Translations under genes and position numbers: made by a program
Origin: Marsupella aquatica
Taxonomy: Eukaryota; Plantae; Marchantiophyta
Assembly: GCA_973895155.1 (NCBI GenBank)
Contig: OZ316892.1
Location: 14,252,861-14,316,860, forward strand
Length of the DNA stretch: 64,000 bases
Reading direction: 5' to 3'
Part shown: piece by piece, positions 63,301-64,000 of the stretch
How the letters are laid out: each line of letters starts with the position of its first letter
Position numbering within the stretch: the first letter of the stretch is position 1
The notes under the pieces: generated by a model
Told to the model about the DNA's origin: nothing
Databases searched by the model: none
What the model saw: only the letters and a program-made list of their open reading frames with translations

Positions 63301-63718
63301 CGATGGCTGGTGTTTCGCAGAGTATGCCTACACACTGAAGGTTGATGAAAAGAGCGACATTTACAGCTTTGGAATAGTTTTGTTGGAGCTTCTCACAGGT
63401 CGGCAGCCTGTGGAGACCTCCGATTTTGGTGAATCTGTGAATGTCGCCGAGTGGGTGACAAGAAAGATGCAAACGAAGGAAGGGTTGTTGGAAGTTTTGG
63501 ACTCGGATGTGAGCGCAGGCTGCACTTCTGTGCAGGAGGAGATGATTTTGGTCCTGAGGGTTGCTTTGCTGTGTACAAGTCGTCTGCCTAGAGAACGCCC
63601 GTCTATGAGAGACGTGGTGACAATGCTCTCAGAGGCTCAACCTCGGCGCAAGACACTTAGCGAATCCTATTCTCGTCCGACTTCTGGCGAATCCTATTCG
63701 CGACCGAGTTCTGGTTAG
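60303..63718 (+). CDS. LRR receptor-like kinase, subfamily XI, TDR/PXY/PXL-like, 2 coding exons
   Basis: Exons 60303-62988 and 63321-63718, with the intron at the conserved GYIAP|EY position. It has a signal peptide, a PCLWTGVTC cap, about 20+ plant LRRs, GNPDLCG, a TM helix, PWSLTTFQRLNF, GMGGAGTVYK, HRDVKSNN, DFG, AYTLKVDEKSDIYSFG and RPSMRDVVTMLSEAQPRRK. The last motifs are closest to PXY/PXL rather than CLV1/BAM or HAESA. The start was taken as the first in-frame ATG. Confidence 0.93.
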
Positions 63719-64000
63719 AACAGAATCACGCTTTCGTGGGGAAGAGAATTGTCGGATAGGAATTTTTTCAGTAACTCTTTCTAGCCAAACTAGCAGAAGA
63801 GGATGCACACGAATTGACCCGTCAAGTCCTCCTTCGTTCATCTACCCTCTCTGTCCTATAGGCCAGCAAGTTTCATGCCCTACTGCACCGCATATACTGT
63901 ACAGAACTTTTGAAGTTGTCCACAAGAAGGCCAAGTCTGGGCCAGTCTGGAGGCTGCACTAGGTGGGTCAAAGCGATTTCACGTACTCTTCCATTATATA

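Overview
Eukaryotic, intron-containing plant nuclear DNA, most likely from a non-seed land plant (inferred from gene structure and protein sequences, not proven). Six protein-coding genes are supported, all on the + strand: an AP-1 adaptor mu subunit (11 coding exons), histone H2A.Z, an MBD8-like protein with C2H2 zinc fingers, an intronless 516-aa orphan with a C-terminal CxxC..CxxC motif, a plastid-type 13-lipoxygenase (9 coding exons) and a TDR/PXY/PXL-like LRR receptor kinase. The intergenic DNA holds many decayed transposons. These are a Ty3/gypsy gag remnant, a tRNA-derived SINE with an 18-bp TSD, a Ty1/copia remnant whose gag is split by a Mutator-like element with a perfect 9-bp TSD, a second member of that Mutator-like family, a foldback element, a CACTG/TA MITE and a 5'-truncated RLE-type (CRE-like) non-LTR element. 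Many short local tandem duplications are also present. The least explained feature is a roughly 2.4-kb minus-strand region (about 14450-16860), dense in splice signals but without a long ORF, which converges on H2A.Z and contains two mutually complementary exon-like blocks. I found no rRNA, intact tRNA, snRNA or CRISPR array. Exon boundaries were read by eye from GT/AG signals and frame continuity. Nothing here is by itself proof of a new biological system; the findings are leads.
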